Part shown: in pieces, positions 37,829 to 47,277 of the stretch
How the letters are laid out: the number at the start of each line of letters is the position of its first letter
How positions within the stretch are numbered: position 1 is the stretch's first letter
Assembly: GCA_030699905.1 (NCBI GenBank)
Contig: JAUYKQ010000027.1
Span: 1,293 to 65,292 of the forward strand
Length of the DNA: 64,000 nt
Direction of reading: 5' to 3'
Source: a bacterium
GTDB taxonomy: Bacteria; Patescibacteriota; Minisyncoccia; Phycocordibacterales; GCA-002787175
The notes under the pieces: model-generated
The model's database searches: none
Told to the model about the DNA's origin: nothing
Seen by the model: the letters and a program-made list of their open reading frames with translations, nothing else
Position numbers and translations under genes: made by a program

Positions 37829-39151
37829 ATGAAATTTTTTTTAAAACAAATCGTAATCACTCTTCTTACTTGGGAAGCTCGCGTTGTACTGAAGAAGTAC
37901 AAGCCGTCCATAATCGCCGTTACCGGTACGGTGGGAAAAACCAGTACCAAGGACATGATATATACGATTTTTTCAAAATATTTATATACCAGAAAAAGTG
38001 AAAAAAGTTTTAACGGCGATATAGGAGTGCCTCTTACCATTCTTGGCCTGCCGAACGGCTGGAACAACCCTTTTGTTTGGCTTCTCAATATACTGAGGGG
38101 CCTCCGTCTCATTTTTCCGGTACGTTTGTCGCTTAAGGCCACAAGGTATCCCCAGTGGCTTATTTTGGAAATAGGCGCTGACAGGCCCGGAGATATCAGA
38201 CGTCTGGCCAAGTGGATAAAGCCGGATGTTACGGTTGTTACAAAGCTAAGCAAAGTGCCTGTGCATATAGAATTTTTCAAGTCGGTGGCGGAAGTAAACA
38301 AAGAGAAGTCCAATATTGTAAAGTCCCTAAAGAACGGCGGTTCTCTGATTTTAAACGGGGACGACGAAGACGTACGTCAGTTTTCGGAAATCAGAAGAGA
38401 AATAAAACCGTTATTTTTTGGATTTGATAATTTTTCCAATATAAAAGCAAGCAACTACGCCATTGAGTATGAAGATAAAAATGGCTTGCGTCTTCCGTGG
38501 GGTATTTCTTTTAAATTAAATTTCAGCAACAATTGCTTGCCGGTAAAATTAAACGGCGTCTTGGGGAAGAGCGTCTGTTTTGCCGCTCTCTCCGGTTTTG
38601 CCACCGCAATAGTCGCCGATATTCCACCTCTCTCTGCCCTTGAAGCGATGGCTGATTATAAGACGCCTCCCGGCAGAATGCGTCTCGTTGAAGGCGTAAA
38701 AGATTCGCTCATTATAGATGACACGTATAATTCTTCGCCCGCGGCTGTAGAGGGAGCTTTGGGGACATTGCGTGACATTGAAGGTTACGGCAAAAAAATC
38801 GCCGTTTTGGGAGATATGTTAGAGCTTGGCAGGCATAGTCCGGAGGCGCATCGAGAGATCGGAAAGTTGGTCGCGTGTTCTGCTCATGTTTTGATAACAG
38901 TTGGTGTCAGGGCTCGAGAGATAGCGCAAGTGGCCATGGAAAACGGAATGTCGGAGAAATCAATTTTCCAATTTGAAGACGCGGACAAAGCCGGCAAACA
39001 TTTGGAGCTACTGTTGCAAAAAGGAGATATTGCTCTTGTGAAAGGTTCACAATCAGTACGGATGGAAAGGACGGTAAAAGAGGTTATGGCAAGGCCGGAA
39101 GACGCGGCGAAAATTCTGTGCAGACAGGAGAGGCAGTGGATGTTGAGATAA
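37829..39151 (+). CDS. murF: UDP-MurNAc-tripeptide--D-Ala-D-Ala ligase
   Basis: Mur ligase P-loop AVTGTVGKTSTKDMI and Mur ligase C-terminal domain. It follows ftsI. Confidence 0.8.
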   Translation: MKFFLKQIVITLLTWEARVVLKKYKPSIIAVTGTVGKTSTKDMIYTIFSKYLYTRKSEKSFNGDIGVPLTILGLPNGWNNPFVWLLNILRGLRLIFPVRLSLKATRYPQWLILEIGADRPGDIRRLAKWIKPDVTVVTKLSKVPVHIEFFKSVAEVNKEKSNIVKSLKNGGSLILNGDDEDVRQFSEIRREIKPLFFGFDNFSNIKASNYAIEYEDKNGLRLPWGISFKLNFSNNCLPVKLNGVLGKSVCFAALSGFATAIVADIPPLSALEAMADYKTPPGRMRLVEGVKDSLIIDDTYNSSPAAVEGALGTLRDIEGYGKKIAVLGDMLELGRHSPEAHREIGKLVACSAHVLITVGVRAREIAQVAMENGMSEKSIFQFEDADKAGKHLELLLQKGDIALVKGSQSVRMERTVKEVMARPEDAAKILCRQERQWMLR

Positions 39152-39317
39152 TAAAGAATTCGGACGTGAATAACTACTCATCGGGATTGAAGCTTACAGC
39201 TTCAGTACAGGTTTCCCATTTGCTCACGATAAGAATCGCGCGCAAATATGGGAGAACCTCTTCAAATCCCGAACGCAAAGCAAGCAGTTGCTTTGCTTGA
39301 GTTCAAAATTAGAATTT

Positions 39318-39392
39318 TGACCTCATCGGGATTTGAACCCGAGTTCCAGCGTTGAGAACGCCGTGTCCTAGACCAGGCTAGACGATGAGGCC
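39318..39392 (-). tRNA. tRNA-Glu (anticodon CTC)
   Basis: The reverse complement GGCCTCATCGTCTAGCCTGGTCTAGGACACGGCGTTCTCAACGCTGGAACTCGGGTTCAAATCCCGATGAGGTC folds as a cloverleaf with anticodon loop TTCTCAA. Confidence 0.85.
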
Positions 39393-39405
39393 GTGTGACA
39401 GAGAA

Positions 39406-39434
39406 ATCATACCATTTCGGACACGATTTTCAAC
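39406..39434 (-). promoter_or_regulatory. sigma70-like promoter for tRNA-Glu (TTGAAA, about 16-17 nt spacer, TATGAT)
   Basis: The minus strand reads ttgaaaatcgtgtccgaaatggtatgat, about 13 nt upstream of the tRNA 5' end. Confidence 0.5.
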
Positions 39435-39439
39435 TTTTT

Positions 39440-39592
39440 AATCAATCCGCAGAATTCCCCGACGGCTTTCCGCGGGGATGAATGCGGAGTGAGTGGGAAG
39501 GGGGTCGGGGAAACGGGAGTTTCCCCGTGGAGGAGAGCAGTGAGTCTGCGAGCGTTGAGAACCGAGAGGTTCTCAAAATAAATTCCGCTCGC
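39440..39592. ncRNA. GC-rich cluster of perfect stem-loops (candidate structured RNA or regulatory element). Strand is unresolved; GNRA loops favour the plus strand.
   Basis: Plus-strand hairpins CGGGGAAAC-GGGA-GTTTCCCCG and GAGAACC-GAGA-GGTTCTC, nested inside GCGAGCG...CGCTCGC. Two copies of a CCCCG(N10)CGGGG hairpin lie about 150 nt apart. No ORF. Confidence 0.4.
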
Positions 39593-40027
39593 CTAATACC
39601 CCGTCCGTTTGCCGCGGGGATATGGACGAGCGGGATTTATTTTATTGGAATGCTTTTTGATAACAACTATTTCAGGCAGGGGACGGGGTCCGCTATTTAT
39701 TAGAGCGGATTTTAATTTCAACTGGTCGTAACCTAATGCCACGACATCCGGCTTGAATTTCTTAATAGCGCTCCAACTGCCTAAACTTGTATCGCCGGAG
39801 ACGATTTCCGCTTCCGGAAACCTTTTTTCAACCGCCAGCATTCTCTCCGGAAGAGGCGAGCGGGGGACTTTGTTTTTCAAAGAAACCACACTGCTGTCTT
39901 GAGCTACACTAACAATCAACTTGCTTCCAAGTTTTTGGGCTTCGCGTAGGAAAAAAACATGGCCTTCATGCAGACCGTCAAACGTGCCGAAAACCAAAAC
40001 CGCTTTTTTTAATTTACCACTTGCCAT
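39593..40027 (-). CDS. Cytidylyltransferase-like nucleotidyltransferase (GTFDxxHxGH family, glycerol-3-P cytidylyltransferase / FAD synthetase-like)
   Basis: VLVFGTFDGLHEGHVFFL motif and about 140 aa size. The C-terminal ~17 residues overlap the GC-rich hairpin region, so their extent is uncertain. Confidence 0.65.
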   Translation of the reverse strand: MASGKLKKAVLVFGTFDGLHEGHVFFLREAQKLGSKLIVSVAQDSSVVSLKNKVPRSPLPERMLAVEKRFPEAEIVSGDTSLGSWSAIKKFKPDVVALGYDQLKLKSALINSGPRPLPEIVVIKKHSNKINPARPYPRGKRTGY

Positions 40028-40056
40028 AGACGGTTTTAGTATATAACATTTTCAAA

Positions 40057-40578
40057 ATGAGGAAAGTTTTGAACGGAAGTTTTTACAACAGACCGGTTTT
40101 GACGGTAGCCGAAGAACTTTTAGGAAAATATTTGGTCAGACAAAGCGCCGGTAAACGCCTCGCTTTCCTTATAACCGAAGTGGAAGGGTACGACGGAGAA
40201 AAAGACCTTGCCTGTCACGCGAGGAGAGGCAAGACAAAAAGAACGGCCGTGATGTATGGCGAAGCGGGACATTGGTATGTTTATCTTTGTTACGGAATGT
40301 ATTGGATGTTAAACATCGTCACCGGACCGGTCGGCTATCCGGCGGCGGTTTTAATACGAGGAGTTTCGAGCCATGGCGGGCCGGGAAAACTAACCAGAGA
40401 ATTGAAAATTGGAAAAAGCTTTAACTCAAAAAAGGCAGCGCCGGAAAAGGGGCTTTGGATAGAAGACAGGGGAGTTCGCGTAATGCCGGAAAAAATTTTG
40501 AAAACCGCGAGGGTAGGCATTTCTTATGCCGGACCCCTATGGTCAAAGAAAAAATGGAGGTTTGTATTGAAAATGTAA
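40057..40578 (+). CDS. mpg: DNA-3-methyladenine glycosylase (MPG/AAG family)
   Basis: PVLTVAEELLGKYLV...ITEVEGYDGEKDLACHARRGKT...VMYGEAGHWYVYLCYGMYWMLNIVTGP matches the AAG family throughout. Confidence 0.85.
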   Translation: MRKVLNGSFYNRPVLTVAEELLGKYLVRQSAGKRLAFLITEVEGYDGEKDLACHARRGKTKRTAVMYGEAGHWYVYLCYGMYWMLNIVTGPVGYPAAVLIRGVSSHGGPGKLTRELKIGKSFNSKKAAPEKGLWIEDRGVRVMPEKILKTARVGISYAGPLWSKKKWRFVLKM

Positions 40579-41082
40579 AACTAACACCGTGATGGCGAAT
40601 TGTTGCAGATTATGAAGATAAGAGTTTGAAAAGAAAACGCCCCCCGATTATGCTCTTGTGCATTATGGGGGGCTAAGGGGCCGTTTTAGGGGTCAGTGGA
40701 AATGTGACACAGGACTTCGTCGTTCTCTGTGTCCGCATCAAAGTTCCTTCTCCGGCGTTTCTTCGGCCGAAATCTCCCGAAAGTTACGCCAGAAGTTGAA
40801 GTGGAACTATAATGACTCATCAATGCCTGCGTTTTCTGGCTGGTTGGTAACATGTCCACTCGTAGTCCGGCCGTTCTCACTGCTTTTTCCTTTCGTTGTT
40901 GAGTTTTTACCGAAGTCCCACTTGGAGGGTATTCGGTGCGGTACGTATTTTGATGTCGCTCGGAAATCTCCGTGCAACCTCAAACCGGGAGGGAAAAATT
41001 TCCAAGGCATACTGTAGATAAAATAACATGAACGCATTAAAAAGCAAATATGGACATCACTCTATGTTTTCCTTAAAATATT

Positions 41083-41538
41083 TTATTCAAACAAAGATTC
41101 AACGACTTCTTTTACGTCCTTGCCGTCCGCCACGCTTTTTGTTTCTTTTATCACCGCCCCCACGAGAATCCCTGATTTTGATTTATCCGTCACGCCAAGT
41201 TCCGTCTTTTTTGTCTCCGCGATTTTTCGGATTTCCTCCTTGCTCATTTTGGTCGGTAAAAATGTTTCCAAAATTCCAAGCTCGGCCCGTTCTTCATCCG
41301 CCAAATCTTTTCGGCCACCTTTCTCATACTGTTCAATGGAATCTTGGCGTTGCTTCACCGCCCGTTTGATAACGGCCATGGCCTCCTCGTCGGCGAGTTC
41401 TTCTTGCGGTTTTCTGCCTTTGGCCACCAGTTCGTTCATAAAAGCCGTAGCAAGTCCGCGAAGAACAGAAAGTCGCACCGGCTCTTTGGCTCGCATGGCG
41501 GAAGCGATTTGAAATTTTATATCAACATGTAAAGACAT
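41083..41538 (-). CDS. yqeY: GatB/YqeY domain protein
   Basis: 151 aa, Lys/Glu-rich helical protein with the YqeY pattern (...LSVLRGL...AMAVIKRAVKQRQDSIEQYEKGGR...). Confidence 0.75.
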   Translation of the reverse strand: MSLHVDIKFQIASAMRAKEPVRLSVLRGLATAFMNELVAKGRKPQEELADEEAMAVIKRAVKQRQDSIEQYEKGGRKDLADEERAELGILETFLPTKMSKEEIRKIAETKKTELGVTDKSKSGILVGAVIKETKSVADGKDVKEVVESLFE

Positions 41539-41675
41539 AAATTAATTATAGCACTGATACAAGAAACGCGAAAATACGACTTCTCGTGTGTTTACTTGAG
41601 GTTTGAGTTACTGGTATAATTCAGTTGCGAGTTCCATTATCCGCCCGTTTTAAACTACGAATAGAACCATAATCT

Positions 41676-42392
41676 ATGAAATCAGTATTTCTTTCTAACT
41701 TTTTTGAAAAGCGTAAAACCGTGGAGACGCTTATAGATGAAAGCAGAGTTGATGCCGGTTATTACTTATTCCTCTTTTTTTCAACTTTTATAGTGGCCTT
41801 GGGACTTATTTTCGGCAATGCCGTTATAATAATGGCTGGAATGCTTATCGCTCCCATTTTATCGCCTATTTTGTCTTTGGGAATGGGAATAGCCACCACA
41901 AGCAGACGCGCCATAGTACGTTCTGTCATTATTCTTATAAGAACCGCCGTTCTTATAACAGGAATATCTTTTGTCGTGGCATTTCTTACCGGCCAACGAG
42001 GAATAACGGATGAAATGATATTAGCTTCCAGTCCCGACATTTGGCTGTTCCTCGTGGCTTTTTTTTCAGGAATAGTGGCGGCATATTCTTGGATAAAACA
42101 GAACACTTCCGTGACTCTGCCTTCAATAGCATTGTCCATTTCCATCATCGTGCCTCTTTCGGCAGTCGGCATAGTTTTGGGGTCTTTGCCAATGTTGCAT
42201 GAAGTTCTATTCGGTGCCACTGTTCTTTTCGCTATCAACCTTTTATGGGTGGTCGTTGCGAGCACTATTGTTTTTGTTCTTTTCGGTTTTTCTAATCTTC
42301 AACAATGGCAGGAAAAGAAAATAGAGGACGAAAAGAATATTTTGGCTGAAATAAAGAAAGATAAGGAAGAGGCAAAAAATGCAATAACATGA
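41676..42392 (+). CDS. DUF389-like hydrophobic membrane protein
   Basis: Repeated GxxxG-rich TM helices (MAGMLIAPILSPILSLGMGIA). Confidence 0.5.
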   Translation: MKSVFLSNFFEKRKTVETLIDESRVDAGYYLFLFFSTFIVALGLIFGNAVIIMAGMLIAPILSPILSLGMGIATTSRRAIVRSVIILIRTAVLITGISFVVAFLTGQRGITDEMILASSPDIWLFLVAFFSGIVAAYSWIKQNTSVTLPSIALSISIIVPLSAVGIVLGSLPMLHEVLFGATVLFAINLLWVVVASTIVFVLFGFSNLQQWQEKKIEDEKNILAEIKKDKEEAKNAIT

Positions 42393-43486
42393 CAACCACC
42401 GCTACAATAACGAGCATACTCGTCATAATCCTCGCCGTAAACATTTTAGCGGTGGTTTTGTTGTGGAGAAAAAAAGGTGGGCCTAGCGGTGATGACAAAG
42501 CTTTTTCGCTGATGCTTGCCCAGCTAAACGAGATATCGCGCGTAGTGGACCATAAAATGGGAGAGACGAACCGTTTTGTAAACGAATCAATGCGAACTCA
42601 GTTTTCCGAATCCAAACGGCTGATAAACGAGATAAATGAACAAGTCGGCCGCAACCTTTTAGACGTTACCAAGGGGCTTACGAAATTGGACGAGACAAAC
42701 AAACAAGTCGTCTCTTTCGCTGACCAGCTGCAGTCCCTTCAAGATATTTTGAAAAATCCAAAACAGCGCGGGATTTTGGGCGAATATTATCTTGAGACGC
42801 TTCTTAAAAACACTTTGCCTCCTGGCAGTTTTGAAATGCAGTACCACTTGACGGCAGAAACCATAGTTGACGCGGCCGTTTTCGTGAAGGACAAAATAAT
42901 TCCAGTGGATTCAAAGTTTTCTCTTGAAAATTACAACCGACTTACGGAGGCGAGGGACCCATCGGAAAAGGAACGCCTTGAAAAACTTTTTGTCCAAGAT
43001 TTAAAGTTGAGAATACAAGAAACCGCCAAGTATATACAGCCGGAAAACCGCACTACCGACTTCGCTTTTATGTTCATACCCCATGAGGCCATTTACTATG
43101 ATTTGCTGGTCAATAAAGTGGGGTCCGTAAAAGGCGAAGAAGACGAAAATTTGATACAACGGGCGGCGGGAAAATATAAAGTCATAATAGTGTCGCCAAC
43201 GTCATTTCTGGCCTATCTGCAGACGGTTCTTCAGGGTTTGCGCGCCCTGCAGATAGAGGAGACGGCTAAAGACATTGTCAAAAGAGTGGGGGAGCTCGGC
43301 AAACATTTGAAAAGTTTTGAGGATTATCACGGTAAAATGGGCAATGCTTTGACGACTGTCGTGAACCACTACAATTCATCCGGCAAAGAATTTAAGAAAA
43401 TAGACAAAGATGTTTTGCGTATTACCGGAGAAGCGGTGGGCATAGAGACCCTGACTATAGAGAAGCCGGATAGGGAAGACAGTTGA
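42389..43486 (+). CDS. rmuC: DNA recombination protein RmuC
   Basis: N-terminal TM, long coiled coil, and the RmuC nuclease-like domain (RGILGEYYLETLLKN...FMFIPHEAIYYDL). Confidence 0.75.
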   Translation: MTTTATITSILVIILAVNILAVVLLWRKKGGPSGDDKAFSLMLAQLNEISRVVDHKMGETNRFVNESMRTQFSESKRLINEINEQVGRNLLDVTKGLTKLDETNKQVVSFADQLQSLQDILKNPKQRGILGEYYLETLLKNTLPPGSFEMQYHLTAETIVDAAVFVKDKIIPVDSKFSLENYNRLTEARDPSEKERLEKLFVQDLKLRIQETAKYIQPENRTTDFAFMFIPHEAIYYDLLVNKVGSVKGEEDENLIQRAAGKYKVIIVSPTSFLAYLQTVLQGLRALQIEETAKDIVKRVGELGKHLKSFEDYHGKMGNALTTVVNHYNSSGKEFKKIDKDVLRITGEAVGIETLTIEKPDREDS

Positions 43487-43892
43487 CTCAATTTTTCTTT
43501 TGATATATTATTACAGAGGTTCATGAGGATTGTAATCCTCTTGATGAAGCGAGAGTGACAGTGCATCGGCCACCCCTCCCTCTTGTCGGGTGCTTGCGGG
43601 GGGAGGGGCGGTTTTTAAAGACAATTTCTTATTTTCAGCAAATCCTAGGCAGGGGGTTTGCTGTTTGGGGTCCCGAGTCGTAATGGTTTACGGCTCGGGA
43701 TTTTTTTAAACCTCAAACCTCTCGTTTTGGGCGCTTGTTTAATTTCCTGGAGGTGGTACTCTTATAAAAGATAGGGTCTTGCGGTACTGAAAAGCACCCA
43801 AGGAGGCATTCCGAGTCCTGGGAGCCGCAATTCTCTGTTCACTTCTGGGCCCCGTTCGCTTGCGAACGGGGCTCTTTTCTTGCATTTTTTTC

Positions 43893-43920
43893 TTGCATTT
43901 TATTAAAAACTATGTAGAAT
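43893..43920 (+). promoter_or_regulatory. sigma70-like promoter for rplU (TTGCAT, 16 nt spacer, TAGAAT) with a very short leader
   Basis: ttgcattttattaaaaactatgtagaat lies 9 nt upstream of the ATG. It is preceded by three hairpin-plus-T-run structures within 43560-43890. Confidence 0.5.
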
Positions 43921-43929
43921 AAAGCAACT

Positions 43930-44250
43930 ATGTCAGAGTTCGCCGTAATAAAAACAGGGGGCAAACAGTACCAGGTTTCCGTGGGAGACGTTATTGTTAT
44001 TGAAAAAATCAAAGGCGACTATAAAGAGGGCGATTCTATTACCTTTGACAAAGTCCTTTTGGTGGAAAGTGGCAATGCCACGACTGTCGGCACACCGTAC
44101 ATTCCCGAGGCCAAGGTCACGGCAGTCATAAAAGAAATAGGACGTTCTCCTAAAATTACCGTAGTTAAATACAAAGCCAAGAGCCGTTACTACAAAAAAC
44201 GCGGTCATCGCCAGCCGTTTTTCAAAGTTAAAATTGAGGGATTAAAGTAG
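43930..44250 (+). CDS. rplU: 50S ribosomal protein L21
   Basis: MSEFAVIKTGGKQYQVSVGDVIVIEKI... Confidence 0.95.
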   Translation: MSEFAVIKTGGKQYQVSVGDVIVIEKIKGDYKEGDSITFDKVLLVESGNATTVGTPYIPEAKVTAVIKEIGRSPKITVVKYKAKSRYYKKRGHRQPFFKVKIEGLK

Positions 44251-44278
44251 AGGTTTTGGCGAACAATGTTTCGCTTTA

Positions 44279-44896
44279 CTACTCTCTGTTCTTCAGTGCG
44301 TTCTCCAATGTTTTAGAATCGGCATATTCAAGTTCAGCGCCGGAAGAAAGACCCCTGCCAGGCAGGGTTATTTTTATGCCTGCCTGTTCTGCCATGCTCC
44401 TTATTCTTTCTTTTACGTATTCCGCCGTGTGCTCTCCTTCGGGATTTAAGTTAAATGCCAGAACGACCTCTTTAAGGGTACTGCTTTGCCGACTCATCCT
44501 ATTTATAAGTTCAGATATTCTTATTTTTCTTTCGGGCTCTTTTTCAAGAATAGCCAAAGTGTTGCCCAATACAAAGTAAAAGCCCTTAAAAACGCGCGAT
44601 TTTTCAACGGTTTCCATGTCCACGTCTTTTGCAAGGACCATAAGAGAGCTTTTGTCTCTGGAGTCGTCTCTGCAGACCGGGCAAATTCCTTCATTTCCGT
44701 CACTTAAATAAAAGCCAAAACACTCTCCGCATTGTCGCGATTCTTTTCTCAATGATTCCACCGCGCTTGCAAATTCCGAAATCTCCTCGGTATTTTTAGA
44801 CAAAAGATGATACACAAAACGGCGCGCCTGCCTCGGTCCGATGCCCGGGAAAGATTTAAAAATATCGGTTAGTTTATCTATGGAAGACATTAACAA
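44279..44896 (-). CDS. recR: Recombination protein RecR
   Basis: HhH N-terminus, C4 zinc finger (CGECFGFYLSDGNEGICPVC), and Toprim domain. Confidence 0.9.
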   Translation of the reverse strand: MLMSSIDKLTDIFKSFPGIGPRQARRFVYHLLSKNTEEISEFASAVESLRKESRQCGECFGFYLSDGNEGICPVCRDDSRDKSSLMVLAKDVDMETVEKSRVFKGFYFVLGNTLAILEKEPERKIRISELINRMSRQSSTLKEVVLAFNLNPEGEHTAEYVKERIRSMAEQAGIKITLPGRGLSSGAELEYADSKTLENALKNRE

Positions 44897-44964
44897 TTTG
44901 TATAATAAATTTCACTTTGCTCCGCTTAAAACGTCTTTATATTCGGGCAGGTTCAGAGACCGTT

Positions 44965-46359
44965 TCAAAACTCGTCAGACGCTCCCGCCGCGAAATCGTC
45001 AAACTTTCCGCTCTTATCCATGGACAAAAAAGTGGCCTTGTCAGAATCAAAATAAAGGTCCACTTTTCCTGTCGGGCCGTTTCTGTGTTTTTCTATGAGA
45101 ATTTCTGCTGTATTTTGCCTTCCGCCTCCTTCTTCGTCTTTTTCACGATGAATAAACATGACAACGTCCGCGTCTTGTTCAATACTGCCGGAGCTTCGCA
45201 GGTCAGATAGGCGCGGTTTGCCACCGCGCTGTTCAATGGCGCGGGAAAGCTGGGACAGGGCGAGAACTGGCACGTCAAGTTCGCGAGCCAAATGTTTTAG
45301 GGAACGGGAAATCTCGGTTATCTGCTGAACTTCAGAGTCCGTGTTTTTTGTTTGAGTGGGGGCCATGAGCTGAAGGTAGTCAACGATAATAAGGCCTAAA
45401 CCCTTTTCTCTTTTTAGCCGCCTCGCCACGGAACGCATTTTTAGAATGTTGTTGGCCGGCTGGTCGTCTATGTAAATGGGTGCTTTTGAAAGAGCGTCCA
45501 AAGAATCGCGAATCTTGTCAAATTCCGACTCCTGGGTAAGCCGTCCCGTGCGCAGTTTCCACGCGTCCACTCGCGATTGTGCCGCGAGCATTCTATCCAC
45601 AAGCTGTTGCGCGCTCATTTCCAGTGAGAAAATGCCTACAGGTACGCCGTGGTTGGTGGCGGCCAAACGCGCTATGTCAAGGGCAAAAGAGGTCTTTCCC
45701 ATTGATGGTCGCGCGGCCAATATTATGAGGTCTGATTTCTGAAGCCCTGAAAGTTTCTCGTCCATTTCTTTGAAACCGGTGGGAATTCCGCGGAGTTCGT
45801 CTTTTGACTTGTGCAAACGGTCCAAACGTTCCCATGCGTCCGCAAGTGTTTCTGAAATGGCCAAAAACTTGTGAGCGCCTCCCATGTTTGTAACTTCGTA
45901 AATTTTCTTTTCGGCTTTGTCCACCAGTTCCTCCAAATCACCCGCTTCGTCGTAGCCAAGATGAGAAATGTATTCTGACGCCTCTATAAGAGAACGCATC
46001 ATGTGCTTTTTCTGCACAAGTTCGGCGTAATATTTTATATTGGCGGCAGATGGCACCGTGTTGACGAGTTCCGTAAGATAAGTCGCTCCACCGATTCTTT
46101 CCAGATTTTTGAGTTCTTCCAAGCGTGTGGTTACGGACAGGAGGTCTATCGGAGTTCCTTTGGCGAAAAGTTCAAACATTACTCGCCAGACAACACGATG
46201 TCTTTCAGAATAAAACACTGCTTCACCGACGAAGTCGGTGATGTCATGCATCGTTTCCGGGCGCAACATCACAGAGCCAAGAAGAGCCATTTCAGCTTCA
46301 ATGCTTTGAGGAGGGATGCGAAGTTTGTTTGTTACATTTCGGGCTGTTTGTAATGTCAT
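44965..46359 (-). CDS. dnaB: Replicative DNA helicase DnaB
   Basis: N-terminal domain (PQSIEAEMALLGSVML), Walker A ARPSMGKTSFAL, and RecA-like core. Confidence 0.95.
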   Translation of the reverse strand: MTLQTARNVTNKLRIPPQSIEAEMALLGSVMLRPETMHDITDFVGEAVFYSERHRVVWRVMFELFAKGTPIDLLSVTTRLEELKNLERIGGATYLTELVNTVPSAANIKYYAELVQKKHMMRSLIEASEYISHLGYDEAGDLEELVDKAEKKIYEVTNMGGAHKFLAISETLADAWERLDRLHKSKDELRGIPTGFKEMDEKLSGLQKSDLIILAARPSMGKTSFALDIARLAATNHGVPVGIFSLEMSAQQLVDRMLAAQSRVDAWKLRTGRLTQESEFDKIRDSLDALSKAPIYIDDQPANNILKMRSVARRLKREKGLGLIIVDYLQLMAPTQTKNTDSEVQQITEISRSLKHLARELDVPVLALSQLSRAIEQRGGKPRLSDLRSSGSIEQDADVVMFIHREKDEEGGGRQNTAEILIEKHRNGPTGKVDLYFDSDKATFLSMDKSGKFDDFAAGASDEF

Positions 46360-46529
46360 TGGTGTATTTTAGCATAGTGGCAAAAAAAGCCGCCACTTCC
46401 CAAACCTGCATATCATGGGGGAAAAATGGGGATAATTAAATGGGGGCAAAAGCGCCTGACCCGTCGCTCTGACCCACTCAGCGTCCTTTTGCGTTGTGGG
46501 TTCTAAGCTCTTGGTTTATACTAACGGGA

Positions 46530-47204
46530 ATGCAAGCACTGATACTTGCCGCCGGCAGGGGAGTAAGGATGGGAAGTTTAACCGAAGATACTCCGAAGCC
46601 GATGCTTAAGGTTTTAGGCAAAAACTTGATAGAACATAAATTGGAAATTCTGCCCGCCTCTATACAAGAGGTGGTTATTGTTGTCGGATACAAAGACCAT
46701 GTGATACGAGATTATTTTGGCGAAAAGTGGCGACACCTGCCGATTAAATACGTTTACCAAAAGGAACTTCTTGGTACGGGACACGGCGTTCATATGGCCA
46801 AGGACGCAATAGCTGGAAATTTCATGGTTTTGATGGGCGATGATATGTATCATCGCGAATTTTTGGATAACTTATCCAAAGAGAAATGGGCTATAAGCGC
46901 AAGACGTATTGAAAAACCAAAACTCGGAGCAAAAATAGTAACTGACCGAAAAGGCACTCTTACCGATATTCAAGAGGCGCAAAATCTCGTGCCCGGAGAG
47001 TGGGAAAATATCGGGGCTTATGTGCTTGGAAAGGAATTTTTTGATGCGCCACTTGTGCCGAAAGCGGTGGACTCTGCCGAATACGGACTGCCTCAGACGC
47101 TTCTACATCTGGTTTCCAAGTACCCGATAAAAATAGTTGAAGCCGAAAACTGGACACAGATCACATCGCCGGAAGATCTTCAAATCGCGGCCACCGTGTT
47201 TTAA
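46530..47204 (+). CDS. Sugar-phosphate nucleotidyltransferase (NTP-transferase family)
   Basis: MQALILAAGRGVRMGSLTEDTPKPML signature. About 225 aa. Confidence 0.75.
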   Translation: MQALILAAGRGVRMGSLTEDTPKPMLKVLGKNLIEHKLEILPASIQEVVIVVGYKDHVIRDYFGEKWRHLPIKYVYQKELLGTGHGVHMAKDAIAGNFMVLMGDDMYHREFLDNLSKEKWAISARRIEKPKLGAKIVTDRKGTLTDIQEAQNLVPGEWENIGAYVLGKEFFDAPLVPKAVDSAEYGLPQTLLHLVSKYPIKIVEAENWTQITSPEDLQIAATVF

Positions 47205-47277
47205 ATCGTGAAAAAAACGCCTAATACTGGCGAGTATTAGGCGTTTAACGCTATAAAAAGCTACGTCGGTCTGTGAA

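Noticed and set aside
40658-41017. 119 aa ORF spanning the mpg-yqeY gap
   Set aside because: Arg/Ser/Cys/Trp/Gly-rich translation lacking hydrophobic-core periodicity. The region is more plausibly non-coding.
43930-44579. Expected rpmA immediately downstream of rplU (ORF 44256..44579)
   Set aside because: The 107 aa ORF there is antisense to recR and has no L27 motifs. The genuine L27 gene is at 52491-52763.
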